The notes beneath the pieces are model-generated. The model was not told the origin of the DNA. It saw only the letters and a list, made by a program, of their open reading frames with translations, and searched no databases. A stretch of DNA of 36,744 nucleotides, from the IMG/VR virus record IMGVR_UViG_3300012844_000002, positions 1 through 36,744 of that record; one strand, given 5' to 3'. The DNA is from a virus. Its lineage: Duplodnaviria; Caudoviricetes. Positions 24,297-33,884 of the stretch are shown here, one piece after another. Numbering within the stretch: the stretch's first letter is position 1; each line of letters begins with the position of its first letter. Both the position numbers and the translations under genes were made by a program.

Positions 24297-24321
24297 ACCT
24301 CGGCGATGCCGGGGTTTTTTT
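24297..24321 (+). terminator. Intrinsic terminator
   Basis: ACCTCGGC-gat-GCCGGGGT-TTTTTT. Confidence 0.8.
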
Positions 24322-24364
24322 ATGCCCGCAGGCAGGGCCTGCCCAACGTCTCTGGGAGACAGCA

Positions 24365-25075
24365 ATGACCTTGAAATTCCAACTGGACAGCCTCGAAGGC
24401 GTCGAAGAAGCGGTAGCAGCCCTGTACGTAGAGAAGGACGGCAAGTTCGTCCTCGGCATCGAGGGGCTTCCGCAGCAGGAGGACGTCACCGGGCTGAAGG
24501 CCAAGGTGGAAGAGCTCCTGGGCGAGAAGAAAGCCGCCGAGAAGGCGCGCCGCGAGGCCGAAGACAAGGCCCGTGCCGAGGCTGAAGAAGCCGCTCGCAA
24601 GTCCGGCAACGTCGAGGAGCTGGAGAAATCCTGGTCCGAGAAGTACGCCCGCCGCGAGGCGGAGCTGACCGGCCAACTCGAAAGCACCAGCAGCACCCTG
24701 CAAGGCCAGATCCGGGACCTGACCGTTGGCCGCACCGCGACCGAGATCGCTACCACCCTGGCTGTTCCAGGCAGCGCCAAGGCATTGCTTCCCCACATCG
24801 AACGCCGGCTGAGCGTCGAGCAGCGCGACGGTAAACCCACCGTTGTCGTGCTGGATGCCGCCGGCAAGCTCTCCGCGGCAACGCTGGACGAGCTGAAAGC
24901 AGAATTTACCAACGATCCGGCCTTTGGCCCGCTGATCGCTGGCAGCAAGGCATCTGGCGGCGGGGCCGGGGGTGCAGGCAAGGGCGGCGGGGCCGCAAAA
25001 GGCAATTTCGGCGGTAACAAAGCGGAACGCACGGCGGCAATCGCCAGCCGGTTCCCAGACCTCCCTCAATCGTAA
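24365..25075 (+). CDS. Head scaffolding protein
   Basis: Coiled-coil, Gly-rich tail, precedes the capsid gene. Confidence 0.8.
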   Translation: MTLKFQLDSLEGVEEAVAALYVEKDGKFVLGIEGLPQQEDVTGLKAKVEELLGEKKAAEKARREAEDKARAEAEEAARKSGNVEELEKSWSEKYARREAELTGQLESTSSTLQGQIRDLTVGRTATEIATTLAVPGSAKALLPHIERRLSVEQRDGKPTVVVLDAAGKLSAATLDELKAEFTNDPAFGPLIAGSKASGGGAGGAGKGGGAAKGNFGGNKAERTAAIASRFPDLPQS

Positions 25076-25086
25076 GGAAAACACCT

Positions 25087-26064
25087 ATGTCCCTGTCGCA
25101 AATGCAGGTTTTCAACGAATACATCATGCCGGCGACCATCGAGACGCTGGATCAGATGCTCGTTGCCTTCAACGCCGCCAGCCGCGGCGCAATCGTGCTG
25201 TCTCCGGACGGATTCACTGGCGACTTCCTGCAAGAGTCGTTCTTCCAGACCTTGGCCGCTGCTCAGCGCCGTGTTGACCGCTACGCCGCCAACGGCGCCG
25301 CGCCGATCACCGACCTGACCGAGCTGAAAAACACCTCGGTGAAAGTTGCTGGTGGCTTCGGCCCGATCCGCTACGAGCCGTCGCAAATGACCTGGCTGGA
25401 GCGCCCGACCGCCCAAGGCATCGAGGTAGCGTCCCGCGCGTTCGCCGAGATCCTGCTGAAGGACCAGCTGAACACCGCCATCGCCGCCCTGGTCGCTGCG
25501 ATCACTGCCCAGGCTGCCGCCGTGAACGATGTGTCGGCCACCGCCGGTATCACCTATGCCGGTCTGAACAACGCCCACGCGAAGTTCGGCGATGCCAGTC
25601 AGAACCTGATCACCCAGGTTATGCAAGGCACCACCTACCACAAGCTGATTGGTCAGAACCTGGCCAACCAGCAGCAGCTGTTCCAGGCGGGCAATGTCCG
25701 CGTGATCGACATTCTCGGCAAGGTGTCGGTGGTTACCGATGCTCCTGCCCTGATGCAGGCTGGTGTGGATCCTGCGCCGGACAAGGAAATCATCCTGTCC
25801 CTGGTCCAGGGTGCGGCTCTGGTGCACGACGGTCGCGACATCATCAGCAACGTCCAGACCACCAACGGCAAGGAGCGGATCGAAACCACGCTGCAGACCG
25901 ACTACACCTTCGGCCTGGGTCTCAAGGGCTACACCTGGGATGTAACCGCTGGCGGCAAGTCCCCGACCGATGCCGAACTGGCCACCGGTACCAACTGGGA
26001 CAAGACCGCCACCAGCATCAAGCACACTGCCGGTGTGGCTCTGATCGGTGACGCTTCCAAGTAA
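25087..26064 (+). CDS. Major capsid protein
   Basis: 325 aa, strong codon bias, AAGGA RBS, position after scaffold. Confidence 0.9.
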   Translation: MSLSQMQVFNEYIMPATIETLDQMLVAFNAASRGAIVLSPDGFTGDFLQESFFQTLAAAQRRVDRYAANGAAPITDLTELKNTSVKVAGGFGPIRYEPSQMTWLERPTAQGIEVASRAFAEILLKDQLNTAIAALVAAITAQAAAVNDVSATAGITYAGLNNAHAKFGDASQNLITQVMQGTTYHKLIGQNLANQQQLFQAGNVRVIDILGKVSVVTDAPALMQAGVDPAPDKEIILSLVQGAALVHDGRDIISNVQTTNGKERIETTLQTDYTFGLGLKGYTWDVTAGGKSPTDAELATGTNWDKTATSIKHTAGVALIGDASK

Positions 26065-26112
26065 CCCTGATGGTGGGCTGGGCCTATGGCCTGGCCCACT
26101 GAGGACGTGAGC

Positions 26113-26694
26113 ATGAGCAAGAACAACATCTGGTACTTGGCCGGGCCGTTCCACCAGTACCAGGAAGATGTGAAGGCCTTGGCCAAAGAGCATGGTCTGG
26201 TCATCGTCGACGCCAACGCCGCTACCAATCGCAACGGTGAGGCCAAAGACGTACCAGAGGTCAGCATTCGGCCCGAATTGAAGGCCGTGGCCGTGGTTGT
26301 CGAGGCGGGCGGTCTGAGCCAAGACGTAGTCGATGAACTGACGGCTGAGCTGGCTGCCGTTGGCGTGATCGTCGAGTCCTTCGCGGAGCAGGCCCTGGAG
26401 CGTCCACAAGGAGAACTGGGCGAAATCGCAGGCCGCCTGTTCCAGGTGCTGGAAGCGGTCAATGCCGGAATTGCCAGCCTGCAGCGCGAGCGCGACGGCG
26501 AAGTCCAGAAGGTAATCGAGCTGGAGCAGGAGAAGGCCGAACTGCTCAAGCAGATCGAATCCCTTAAGGGTGCGACTGCCGATCCTGAGGTCGAGGCGCT
26601 CAAGGCTGCGCTGGACAAGGCCGGCGTCACCTACCGCGCCAACGCTTCGAAAGAATCGCTGCAGAAACAGGTCGCCGAGCTCAACCAGCAGTAA
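26113..26694 (+). CDS. Head-associated hypothetical protein with C-terminal HeH/LEM-like motif
   Basis: LKAALDKAGVTYRANASKESL; GAGG RBS before ATG 26113. Confidence 0.7.
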   Translation: MSKNNIWYLAGPFHQYQEDVKALAKEHGLVIVDANAATNRNGEAKDVPEVSIRPELKAVAVVVEAGGLSQDVVDELTAELAAVGVIVESFAEQALERPQGELGEIAGRLFQVLEAVNAGIASLQRERDGEVQKVIELEQEKAELLKQIESLKGATADPEVEALKAALDKAGVTYRANASKESLQKQVAELNQQ

Positions 26695-26733
26695 CACCAG
26701 GGCTGCGGCCCCACTCATTCAAGCGGAGGCCTG

Positions 26734-27126
26734 ATGGCTACCTACATCACCGTGGCCGACGTGGATAGCATCCTCGGGGCTGATTGGGCGCCTGCTGAGG
26801 CCAAGGAAGAGGCGGTCTTCGAGGCGAACGCCTACCTGACTGCGCTGAATCTGGTCGGCATTGATATGGACAACATCCCTGAGGATGTAAAGCAGGCCGG
26901 CGCCCGCCTGGCCAAGTGCGCGTCACAGGGCAAGCTCTACCAGCAGCAGACCGAGGGATCGCTTGAGGCGAAGACAGTTAAGGCAGGGTCGGTATCGACC
27001 AGCAAGACCTTCGGCTCGATCGACAAGACCAGCACGGCCGCCCAGCCTGCCTGCGTGCAGTTAGCCTTGGCCCTGCTCACGCCTTGGCGCAGTAACCCAT
27101 TCGCCTTCGCAGTGAAACGGGGGTAG
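26734..27126 (+). CDS. Head-tail adaptor
   Basis: YITVADVD...IPEDVKQA; synteny. Confidence 0.75.
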   Translation: MATYITVADVDSILGADWAPAEAKEEAVFEANAYLTALNLVGIDMDNIPEDVKQAGARLAKCASQGKLYQQQTEGSLEAKTVKAGSVSTSKTFGSIDKTSTAAQPACVQLALALLTPWRSNPFAFAVKRG

Positions 27127-27128
27127 GC

Positions 27129-27509
27129 ATGGGCATTCGCGACGAAATCCAGGCTGACCTGGCCGAGGCCTTCGACGAAGATCTGGCAGACGCTGTATCA
27201 ACTTTCAACGGAGCCTATATGGGGCCTGGCGTGTGGGACCCCATCAGCGAGACGACCACCTCTCAGCCAGTGACCTACACCGGGCGCGGGGTGCTCGACA
27301 GCTACGACAGCCGACGAATCGACGGCTTGAACATCCTAGTTGGCGACGTGCTGCTGATCTGCCTGGCCAACGAGGTCACGGACAAGCCGGCGGTGGGGCA
27401 CCAGATCATTGCCGCCGACCTGATCACTGGCGAATCGGTCACATACCGCATCGTCAGCCCTGGCATTGACCCGGCCCAGGCGCACTACGAGATCCAGCTG
27501 AGGAAGTGA
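27129..27509 (+). CDS. Head closure/stopper protein
   Basis: Synteny; WDP...YEIQLRK. Confidence 0.7.
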   Translation: MGIRDEIQADLAEAFDEDLADAVSTFNGAYMGPGVWDPISETTTSQPVTYTGRGVLDSYDSRRIDGLNILVGDVLLICLANEVTDKPAVGHQIIAADLITGESVTYRIVSPGIDPAQAHYEIQLRK

Positions 27510-27512
27510 CCA

Positions 27513-27899
27513 ATGGCCAAGCGAGGATGGAGTACTCCGCCGAGCGCTTTCGCCGGGGTGGTCGAGGAACAACTGGCTCAGCGTGTCCGCGTCATCGCCC
27601 TGGCCATGCTCAACGAGATTGTCTTGCGGTCGCCGGTTGATACCGGGCGGTTCCGGGGCAACAACATCGTGAGCGTAGGGGCCCCGGTCTTCACCAGCAA
27701 TGCGAACTTTGACCCGACGGGGTCGGAGACTATCCAGCAGGGTGCCAGGATCACGACTGGCCTGGAGCCCTACACCCAGGTCTTCATCCAGAACAACCTT
27801 CCATACGCCACCGCGCTTGAAGACGGCCATTCGCAGCAGGCTCCTGGCGGGATCTACGCGGTGTCGTTCAATGGCGTTTCCCAGGCCTATAGCTCATGA
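27513..27899 (+). CDS. HK97 gp10-like neck protein
   Basis: SPVDTGRFRGN, NNLPYATALEDGHSQQAP. Confidence 0.85.
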   Translation: MAKRGWSTPPSAFAGVVEEQLAQRVRVIALAMLNEIVLRSPVDTGRFRGNNIVSVGAPVFTSNANFDPTGSETIQQGARITTGLEPYTQVFIQNNLPYATALEDGHSQQAPGGIYAVSFNGVSQAYSS

Positions 27900-28303
27900 C
27901 CTTCGAACAGATCCGGGCCATCGTCACTGGCCGAATGACGCAGTGGGCGGGGATTCCCGCTGACGCCGTCGATTACCCGAACAACCCGCAGGGCCCGTTC
28001 AATCCTGCTGGAAAACCCATCTGGGCCCGATTGGCAAACGTTCCCGGTCTTTCGAGCGCGCCAGAGGTCGGAGTCGGCCCATGTGTGCGCCGTACCGGCG
28101 TCATCATGATTCAGCTGTTCGTGCCTAGCTACAAGGGCACCCTGACCATCACGAAGACAGCCGACACGCTGGTGCAGCACTTCGAGTTCTACAGCGACCC
28201 GGTTGGGCCATTCGAATGCCACGCGGCATCAGCTACCACGGTTGGCGACGACGGGCACGGCTGGTACCAGGTCAACATCTCTGTTCCATATAGGGCCTAC
28301 TGA
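27896..28303 (+). CDS. Tail terminator protein
   Basis: GVIMIQLFVP, WYQVNISVPY; synteny. Confidence 0.8.
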   Translation: MTFEQIRAIVTGRMTQWAGIPADAVDYPNNPQGPFNPAGKPIWARLANVPGLSSAPEVGVGPCVRRTGVIMIQLFVPSYKGTLTITKTADTLVQHFEFYSDPVGPFECHAASATTVGDDGHGWYQVNISVPYRAY

Positions 28304-28494
28304 TGTCCCAGACCATGAAGGTTCGCATCGATGGCGAGCTGGTAGACCGCAAGGTCGCGCACGTTACCCGGGCCATTCAAGATGACGGCTCGACCATCGA
28401 ATACCCGGAGCCAACGATCGATCACAACGAAGTCGTCTTCCGCTCCGAAGACGACCCGGTGCCGATCATCGTCGTTCGCACCATGCCGGCCTGA
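28303..28494 (+). CDS. Hypothetical protein
   Basis: TGATG-coupled 63-aa ORF. Confidence 0.6.
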   Translation: MSQTMKVRIDGELVDRKVAHVTRAIQDDGSTIEYPEPTIDHNEVVFRSEDDPVPIIVVRTMPA

Positions 28495-28511
28495 CAGCCG
28501 ACCCAACCTGC

Positions 28512-28533
28512 ACCGCCACATGGCGGTTTTTTT
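28512..28533 (+). terminator. Intrinsic terminator
   Basis: ACCGCC-acat-GGCGGT-TTTTTT. Confidence 0.75.
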
Positions 28534-28559
28534 ACGCCTATCGATAGGAGAAACACCCC

Positions 28560-29729
28560 ATGTCCAGTGGTGCCAAGGTCTCGACCGCGTGGAAGCGCGA
28601 AGTCACCCCAGGAGTAACACCGGCGGGTAACTGGAACGTGCTGACCCGTGTCAGCTACGGTCTCGTGCCAACCTACAACACTGAAGAGAACAACGAGATT
28701 GGCGCTGACCGCATGGCCCAGGGCACGACCCAGACCACTGTCGACGTCGGTGGCGACGTGGAGACCAAGCTGCGCTATGGCGCGCTGGACGAGTTCATGG
28801 CGTCCTGCTTCGGCAAGGACTGGGCCGGCAACGTTCTGACCATGGGCAACGATCGCATCACGTTCTCGCTCGGTTCCTATGCCAGCGACATCGGCGTTGC
28901 AGCGGTTGCCCGCGGCGCTCAAGTCGCGACCATGAACTTCGAAGTGCCGAGCGACAACGAAATCACGGTCACCACGACCTTTGCGGCCACGTCCTGGCAG
29001 GACAAAGCCGATGACACCTCGTTCATCGTCAGCCCCCAGCCCGAGGCCAAGCAGCGCCGCTATGGCTTCAAGGACGTGAGCGGCCTGAAGATCAATGGCG
29101 AGCAGCTGGGCGAGGACAACGCCTGCGTCGACAGCTTCAACCTGCAGTTCGACAACGGTGTCCAGACCCAGCGTTGCATCGGCAATGGCAACCCGTTCCC
29201 AGGCAACATCATCCCGACCATCTTCACTCCTTCGGGCTCGATCACTATCAGCTGGTCCAAGAAGGCCTACGAGTTCTGGAAGGCGCAGCAGACCGGCAGC
29301 ACGCTGAGCTTCGAATTCACCCTGAACAACGCCGACGGCGGCTACACCTTCCAGATCCCCGAGATGGAAGTGTCCGGCGATTGGCCGGACGGTGGAGCGA
29401 CCGACATCATCCAGGTCGAACTGACCTACACCGGCCGCCGCGTCCCGCCAACCATCACCCGGACGCCGGCTCCCATCGCCGTCACTGGCGTGACCGTGGC
29501 GCCGACCACCGCCAGCATTCAGGTAGGCAAGACCCGCGATCTGGAGGCTCTGGTGGCTCCTGTGGGGGCAAGCCAGCAAGTCACCTGGACCACGTCCGAC
29601 CCAGCCAAGGCCACTGTCAGCCCGACCGGCCTGGTGACCGCCGTTGCGATTGGCACGGCCACCATAACCGCGACCAGCAAGGCCGATCCGACCAAGAACG
29701 GAACCGCGACCATCACCATCACCGCTTAA
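28560..29729 (+). CDS. Tail tube protein with C-terminal Ig-like (Big_2) domain
   Basis: MSSGAKV start; C-terminal VTGVTVAP...VTWTTSDPAKATVSPTGLVTAVAIGTATITAT. Confidence 0.9.
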   Translation: MSSGAKVSTAWKREVTPGVTPAGNWNVLTRVSYGLVPTYNTEENNEIGADRMAQGTTQTTVDVGGDVETKLRYGALDEFMASCFGKDWAGNVLTMGNDRITFSLGSYASDIGVAAVARGAQVATMNFEVPSDNEITVTTTFAATSWQDKADDTSFIVSPQPEAKQRRYGFKDVSGLKINGEQLGEDNACVDSFNLQFDNGVQTQRCIGNGNPFPGNIIPTIFTPSGSITISWSKKAYEFWKAQQTGSTLSFEFTLNNADGGYTFQIPEMEVSGDWPDGGATDIIQVELTYTGRRVPPTITRTPAPIAVTGVTVAPTTASIQVGKTRDLEALVAPVGASQQVTWTTSDPAKATVSPTGLVTAVAIGTATITATSKADPTKNGTATITITA

Positions 29730-29786
29730 CCCTTTGCCTGGCGCGCCCTGCGGTGTGCGCTGGGCCTTTTACCCCAGAGGATTACC

Positions 29787-30230
29787 ATGGCCTTCACCAT
29801 CGCAAAGAAGCCAGAACTCGACATCAACGGCGAACGCTGGGTTGAGTTCGCCCCGGGCGCCGAGATCCTCGTCGGCTCGATCGCCAATCCGCTCTACAAG
29901 TCCCACCAGGCCCTGATCAATCGGCACCTGGCGGCAATCAACCAGCAGGCCCGTATCGGCACTGCCGAATTCAGCCTGTCGGATATCCCTGACGTCGAAC
30001 TGGAGACCGATGATGATCTGTTCATCGAGCTTGCAGCCAAGCACCTGATTAAGGACTGGAAGGGCGTAGACGTAGAGGAAAATCCCGGGCAGCCTGCTCC
30101 TTACACCCCGGATCTGTGTGTTCAGCTCATCAAGCAGATGAACAGCGTCTACTTCCTGGCACTGCGCACCGGCAATGACATTGCGCGCCGTGTTGAGGAA
30201 AAGGCAGCGGTCACCGCGGAAAAGCAGTAG
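29787..30230 (+). CDS. Tail assembly chaperone (G-like)
   Basis: Between tube and tape measure; LIKDWKGV...PYTP. Confidence 0.85.
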   Translation: MAFTIAKKPELDINGERWVEFAPGAEILVGSIANPLYKSHQALINRHLAAINQQARIGTAEFSLSDIPDVELETDDDLFIELAAKHLIKDWKGVDVEENPGQPAPYTPDLCVQLIKQMNSVYFLALRTGNDIARRVEEKAAVTAEKQ

Positions 30231-30592
30231 CGGCATACCTTTGGGGACGAGAGTGGGCCGGTGATGCCAACGAGAAAAAGCGCTGGAAGCATGAGCGCTT
30301 GGGGTCAGGTGTTCCTGATACCCCGGAGATTGACGACGTAACCGCCGAAATCCTTGAGGCCTACGCCTACATCAGCCGGTCGCGGCAGTACGTAGGTATG
30401 GTCGGAGCCCCGGCGCCAATCCCGCCTTCGGCTATTACCGAATACCTCGACCGCTACCCCTCGGCGATATGCCGCGAAGAGTTCGACGCAGCCGTCTTCG
30501 CCATTGACGACAAGTTTCGCAAGCACTGGGAGGAGCAAAGCGAGAAGGCGCAGGCCGCTGCGGATGCCAAATCCAAGCCGAAAAAGCGGTGA
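30218..30592 (+). CDS. Tail chaperone T-like segment reached by -1 frameshift at G GAA AAG (30218-30224)
   Basis: The -1 frame is open from 30221 through the 30299..30592 ORF. Confidence 0.75.
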   Translation, partial: GKAVAAYLWGREWAGDANEKKRWKHERLGSGVPDTPEIDDVTAEILEAYAYISRSRQYVGMVGAPAPIPPSAITEYLDRYPSAICREEFDAAVFAIDDKFRKHWEEQSEKAQAAADAKSKPKKR

Positions 30593-30644
30593 AATCTGCG
30601 CATCAGGGTTGTGGTAGATTCTGACTATCTTTACGGAGGACGCC

Positions 30645-30944
30645 ATGAGTCGACTGATGCTTATCGCCGCCCTTGCACTTTTGCCCGTAGCGGCATCGTT
30701 CGCGAAGGTGCCGGGGCAGTGCGAGAAGATTTCCGATCTTGCTGCACAGGCCATGAAGGCCCGCCAAGATGGCGACCTGCTGAAGGACGCCATGCACTCA
30801 GTAGGTGACGGCAGCAAGTTTTCGGAAAATATGGTGATGAAGGCCTACCAGGTGCGTGTGTTCGCTGAGCCAAAAGAACGATCCACCGCCATCGCCGAAT
30901 TCCAGAACGCCGCCTACCGAGAGTGCTACGACGCTCACAATTGA
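30645..30944 (+). CDS. Moron: small exported protein
   Basis: GGAGG RBS; signal peptide MSRLMLIAALALLPVAASFA; two Cys. Confidence 0.8.
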   Translation: MSRLMLIAALALLPVAASFAKVPGQCEKISDLAAQAMKARQDGDLLKDAMHSVGDGSKFSENMVMKAYQVRVFAEPKERSTAIAEFQNAAYRECYDAHN

Positions 30945-30961
30945 CCAACGAATCGACAATG

Positions 30962-30985
30962 AACCCGCCTAGTGCGGGTTTTTTT
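30962..30985 (+). terminator. Intrinsic terminator
   Basis: AACCCGC-ctagt-GCGGGTT-TTTTT. Confidence 0.85.
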
Positions 30986-31001
30986 ATGCCCGGAGAATGA
31001 T

Positions 31002-33884
31002 ATGGCGCAGGAATCCCGCCTGGCGGTAACGATCGACTCGCGGGGCGCCAAGCGCAATGCGGATGACCTGACCGGCTCCTTAGAGCGCATGGAGCGCGCC
31101 GGAGATGCCGCAGCAGCCTCGGCAGATGGCGTGAGCAGCAGTCTGGACGACCAGCGCAAAGAGCTTTCCCAGCTTCTGGGTCAGATCAACCCTACCGTCG
31201 CGGCTCTCGGGCGGCTCGACGACATGCAGGAGAAGCTTGCGAAGTTCAAGGGCACCAAGTTCCTCGATTCTGAGACCTTCACCGAGTACAACCAGCGCAT
31301 TAACACCATGCGCGACGCCCTGGGCGAAACAAGCGAGGGCATGAACAAGGCCGGGATGTCTGCGAAGGCCTACCAGGCTTCCCTGCGAGGGTTGCCAGCT
31401 CAGTTCACCGATATCGCCGTCAGCCTCCAAGCCGGTCAGGCTCCGCTCACTGTCTTTCTGCAGCAAGGCGGGCAGTTGAAGGACATGTTCGGCGGGGCAG
31501 GGGCGGCGGCCAAGGCCATGGGCGGGTACATCCTTGGCCTGGTCAACCCGTTCACGATAGCTGCGGCCGCTGCTGGAGCGCTGGCACTGGCGTATTACAA
31601 AGGATCGGAGCAGTCCGATGCGCTGCGTAACAGCCTCATCCTTACCGGAAATTTCTCCAAGGCCTCCGAAGCGCAGCTTATTGCTTTGGCCGATTCCGCA
31701 GACCAGGTAACCGGAACATTTGGCCAGGCTGCAGGCGCGCTAGCGCAGCTGACCACTGCCGGTACGAACACTGCCGGCAACCTGAAGCTGATCACCACGA
31801 CCGCCGTCGAGATGCAGCGCGTCACCGGCAAGGCCGTAGAAGAGACCGTCGCCGAGTTCATTAAGCTCGGCAAGGACCCAGTGGCTGGCATCGTCGAGCT
31901 AGACGAGAAATATCGGTTTCTGACCGCATCTGTGTACGCCCAGATCAAGGCTTTGGCAGATCAGGGCAACGCTGTGGGCGCCGCCGATCTGGCAGAGCGC
32001 ACCTATGCTGAGGCGATGGGGCAGCGCACCGCCAAGATTCGCGAAAACCTTGGCCTGATCGAGCGCGGCTGGCTCAACATCAAGGACGCCACGAACGAAG
32101 TCCTCGACGCCTTCGCCAGCATTGGCCGCAAGAGCGTTGAGAACGAAGGGAAGGCTATCACCCAGCTTCAGCAGAAGATCGCCTACCTGCAAAGCACCCT
32201 CGACACCGCCTACGAGGATGACGATGCCCGAATGCGTATCGCCAGCCTCCAGGCGGAGCTGAAGCAGCGGCAGGACATTCAAAAGACCAACGCTGCCACC
32301 CTTGAAGAAGAGGAAAAGCGTCGCCGCATCCAGGAAGAGGGGCGGAAAGGCCTGCAGGACCTGGACACGACCTACAAGAGCTCGCTCACGCAGACACAGC
32401 GCCTGAACAAAGAGCTCTCTGACCTCGACAAGGCCCGCGCCAAGGCTGTATCTGCGGGCGTGTTCACCGCGGCAGAGGAGGCGAAATACGCCCAGTCGCG
32501 CAAAAACATCGAGCAGGAAATCGCGGACATAAAGGCGCGGGAGGCCAAGAAGAATACCCCCAGGGCTGTCACTGGGCAGAATCGAGGCGTATCCGAGGCA
32601 GAAAACACTTTCTCACGGCTCTACAACCAATACGACCCAGCAGCCCAGGCCGCCCGCACGCTGACGAAGGAACAAACCCAGCTCCAGCTTGCCCTGGACA
32701 AGGGGAAAATCAGCCAGGAAGAGTACGGCAAGGCGCTGGCCCAGGCCTCCATCAACTACGCGGCCGCTATCAAGGGCGTCCAAGGCCTGACTCAGGCAGA
32801 ACAGTATCGGGCGCAACTCGAACGGCAGCTGGCGGCGCAACGCAGCGAGTACAGCATTGCCGCTGCCGGTGTCGGCATGGGCGATCTGCAGACGCAGCGG
32901 CTGCAGCAGCGCGTGCAGTTGGAGCAGCAGACCAATGACCGCATCTTGCAGCTGCGCACAGAACTGGCCAACGCCACGACGGAGAAGCAGCGGCAGGACC
33001 TGCAAGCGCAGATCGACCTGACCAACGAGTTTCTACCGAGACAGCTGGAAGCGTTGCAGGCCGGCTGGGCGCAGATGGACCAGGCCATGCTCAACCCTAT
33101 CAACGGGTGGACGGCAGCGGTCCAGAACTTCGGCAATCAGGCGCGGGATATTGCGGGCCAGACTCAGCAAGTGTTTTCGAGTGCATTTGGATCGGTGGCC
33201 AGCGGCATTACCGACCGGATCATGAATTTGAACCTGTCGCTTCAGTCGTTCGGCGATCTTGGCAAGGATGTTCTGCGCGAAGTCGTCGCCGGATTCGTCA
33301 AGATGGGCGTTCAGATGGGGCTCAACGCTGCATTGGCTGCGACGCTCGGCACCGCTACAGCCGGCACGTCCATTGCGCTGGCTGGCACTACGGCTGCTGC
33401 GTGGGCGCCGGCAGCGGCCCTGGCATCGCTGGCAAGCTTCGGCGGCAACTCGATCCCGGCAGCTGCTGCGCTGACCTCGACTACTGCGCTGGCCACAACA
33501 CTGGCGGCGGTGCCTGGGTTCGCCACCGGCGGCTACTTCGCCGGCGCGGGCACTGCAACCTCCGACAGCAACCTCGCAAAGCTCAGCGATGGCGAGTTCA
33601 TCGTCAATGCCGCTGCAACGAAGAAGAATCGCTCCCTGCTGGAGGCCATCAACTCTGGTGAGCGCGTCTCTTCCGGCGGGTCTTCTGGCCAGGGCTCGGG
33701 TTATGCGCCGATGCCTCAGCCAATCGTGCAGATCTACGAAGACCCAACGCGTGCCGGCACATCCCAGGTCACCCGCGAGGGCAACCAGGACTTCATCAAG
33801 GTATGGGTGGCCAGCGTCATGGGTGACGGCGAGGCTGATCAGGCGCTACGAGCCAAATACGGACTTCAGGGGCTAGGCTCATGA
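31002..33884 (+). CDS. Tail tape measure protein
   Basis: About 960 aa, Ala-rich; LPAQFTDIAVSLQAGQAPLTVFLQQGGQLKDMFGG; GFATGG...LSDGEFIVNA. Confidence 0.95.
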   Translation: MAQESRLAVTIDSRGAKRNADDLTGSLERMERAGDAAAASADGVSSSLDDQRKELSQLLGQINPTVAALGRLDDMQEKLAKFKGTKFLDSETFTEYNQRINTMRDALGETSEGMNKAGMSAKAYQASLRGLPAQFTDIAVSLQAGQAPLTVFLQQGGQLKDMFGGAGAAAKAMGGYILGLVNPFTIAAAAAGALALAYYKGSEQSDALRNSLILTGNFSKASEAQLIALADSADQVTGTFGQAAGALAQLTTAGTNTAGNLKLITTTAVEMQRVTGKAVEETVAEFIKLGKDPVAGIVELDEKYRFLTASVYAQIKALADQGNAVGAADLAERTYAEAMGQRTAKIRENLGLIERGWLNIKDATNEVLDAFASIGRKSVENEGKAITQLQQKIAYLQSTLDTAYEDDDARMRIASLQAELKQRQDIQKTNAATLEEEEKRRRIQEEGRKGLQDLDTTYKSSLTQTQRLNKELSDLDKARAKAVSAGVFTAAEEAKYAQSRKNIEQEIADIKAREAKKNTPRAVTGQNRGVSEAENTFSRLYNQYDPAAQAARTLTKEQTQLQLALDKGKISQEEYGKALAQASINYAAAIKGVQGLTQAEQYRAQLERQLAAQRSEYSIAAAGVGMGDLQTQRLQQRVQLEQQTNDRILQLRTELANATTEKQRQDLQAQIDLTNEFLPRQLEALQAGWAQMDQAMLNPINGWTAAVQNFGNQARDIAGQTQQVFSSAFGSVASGITDRIMNLNLSLQSFGDLGKDVLREVVAGFVKMGVQMGLNAALAATLGTATAGTSIALAGTTAAAWAPAAALASLASFGGNSIPAAAALTSTTALATTLAAVPGFATGGYFAGAGTATSDSNLAKLSDGEFIVNAAATKKNRSLLEAINSGERVSSGGSSGQGSGYAPMPQPIVQIYEDPTRAGTSQVTREGNQDFIKVWVASVMGDGEADQALRAKYGLQGLGS

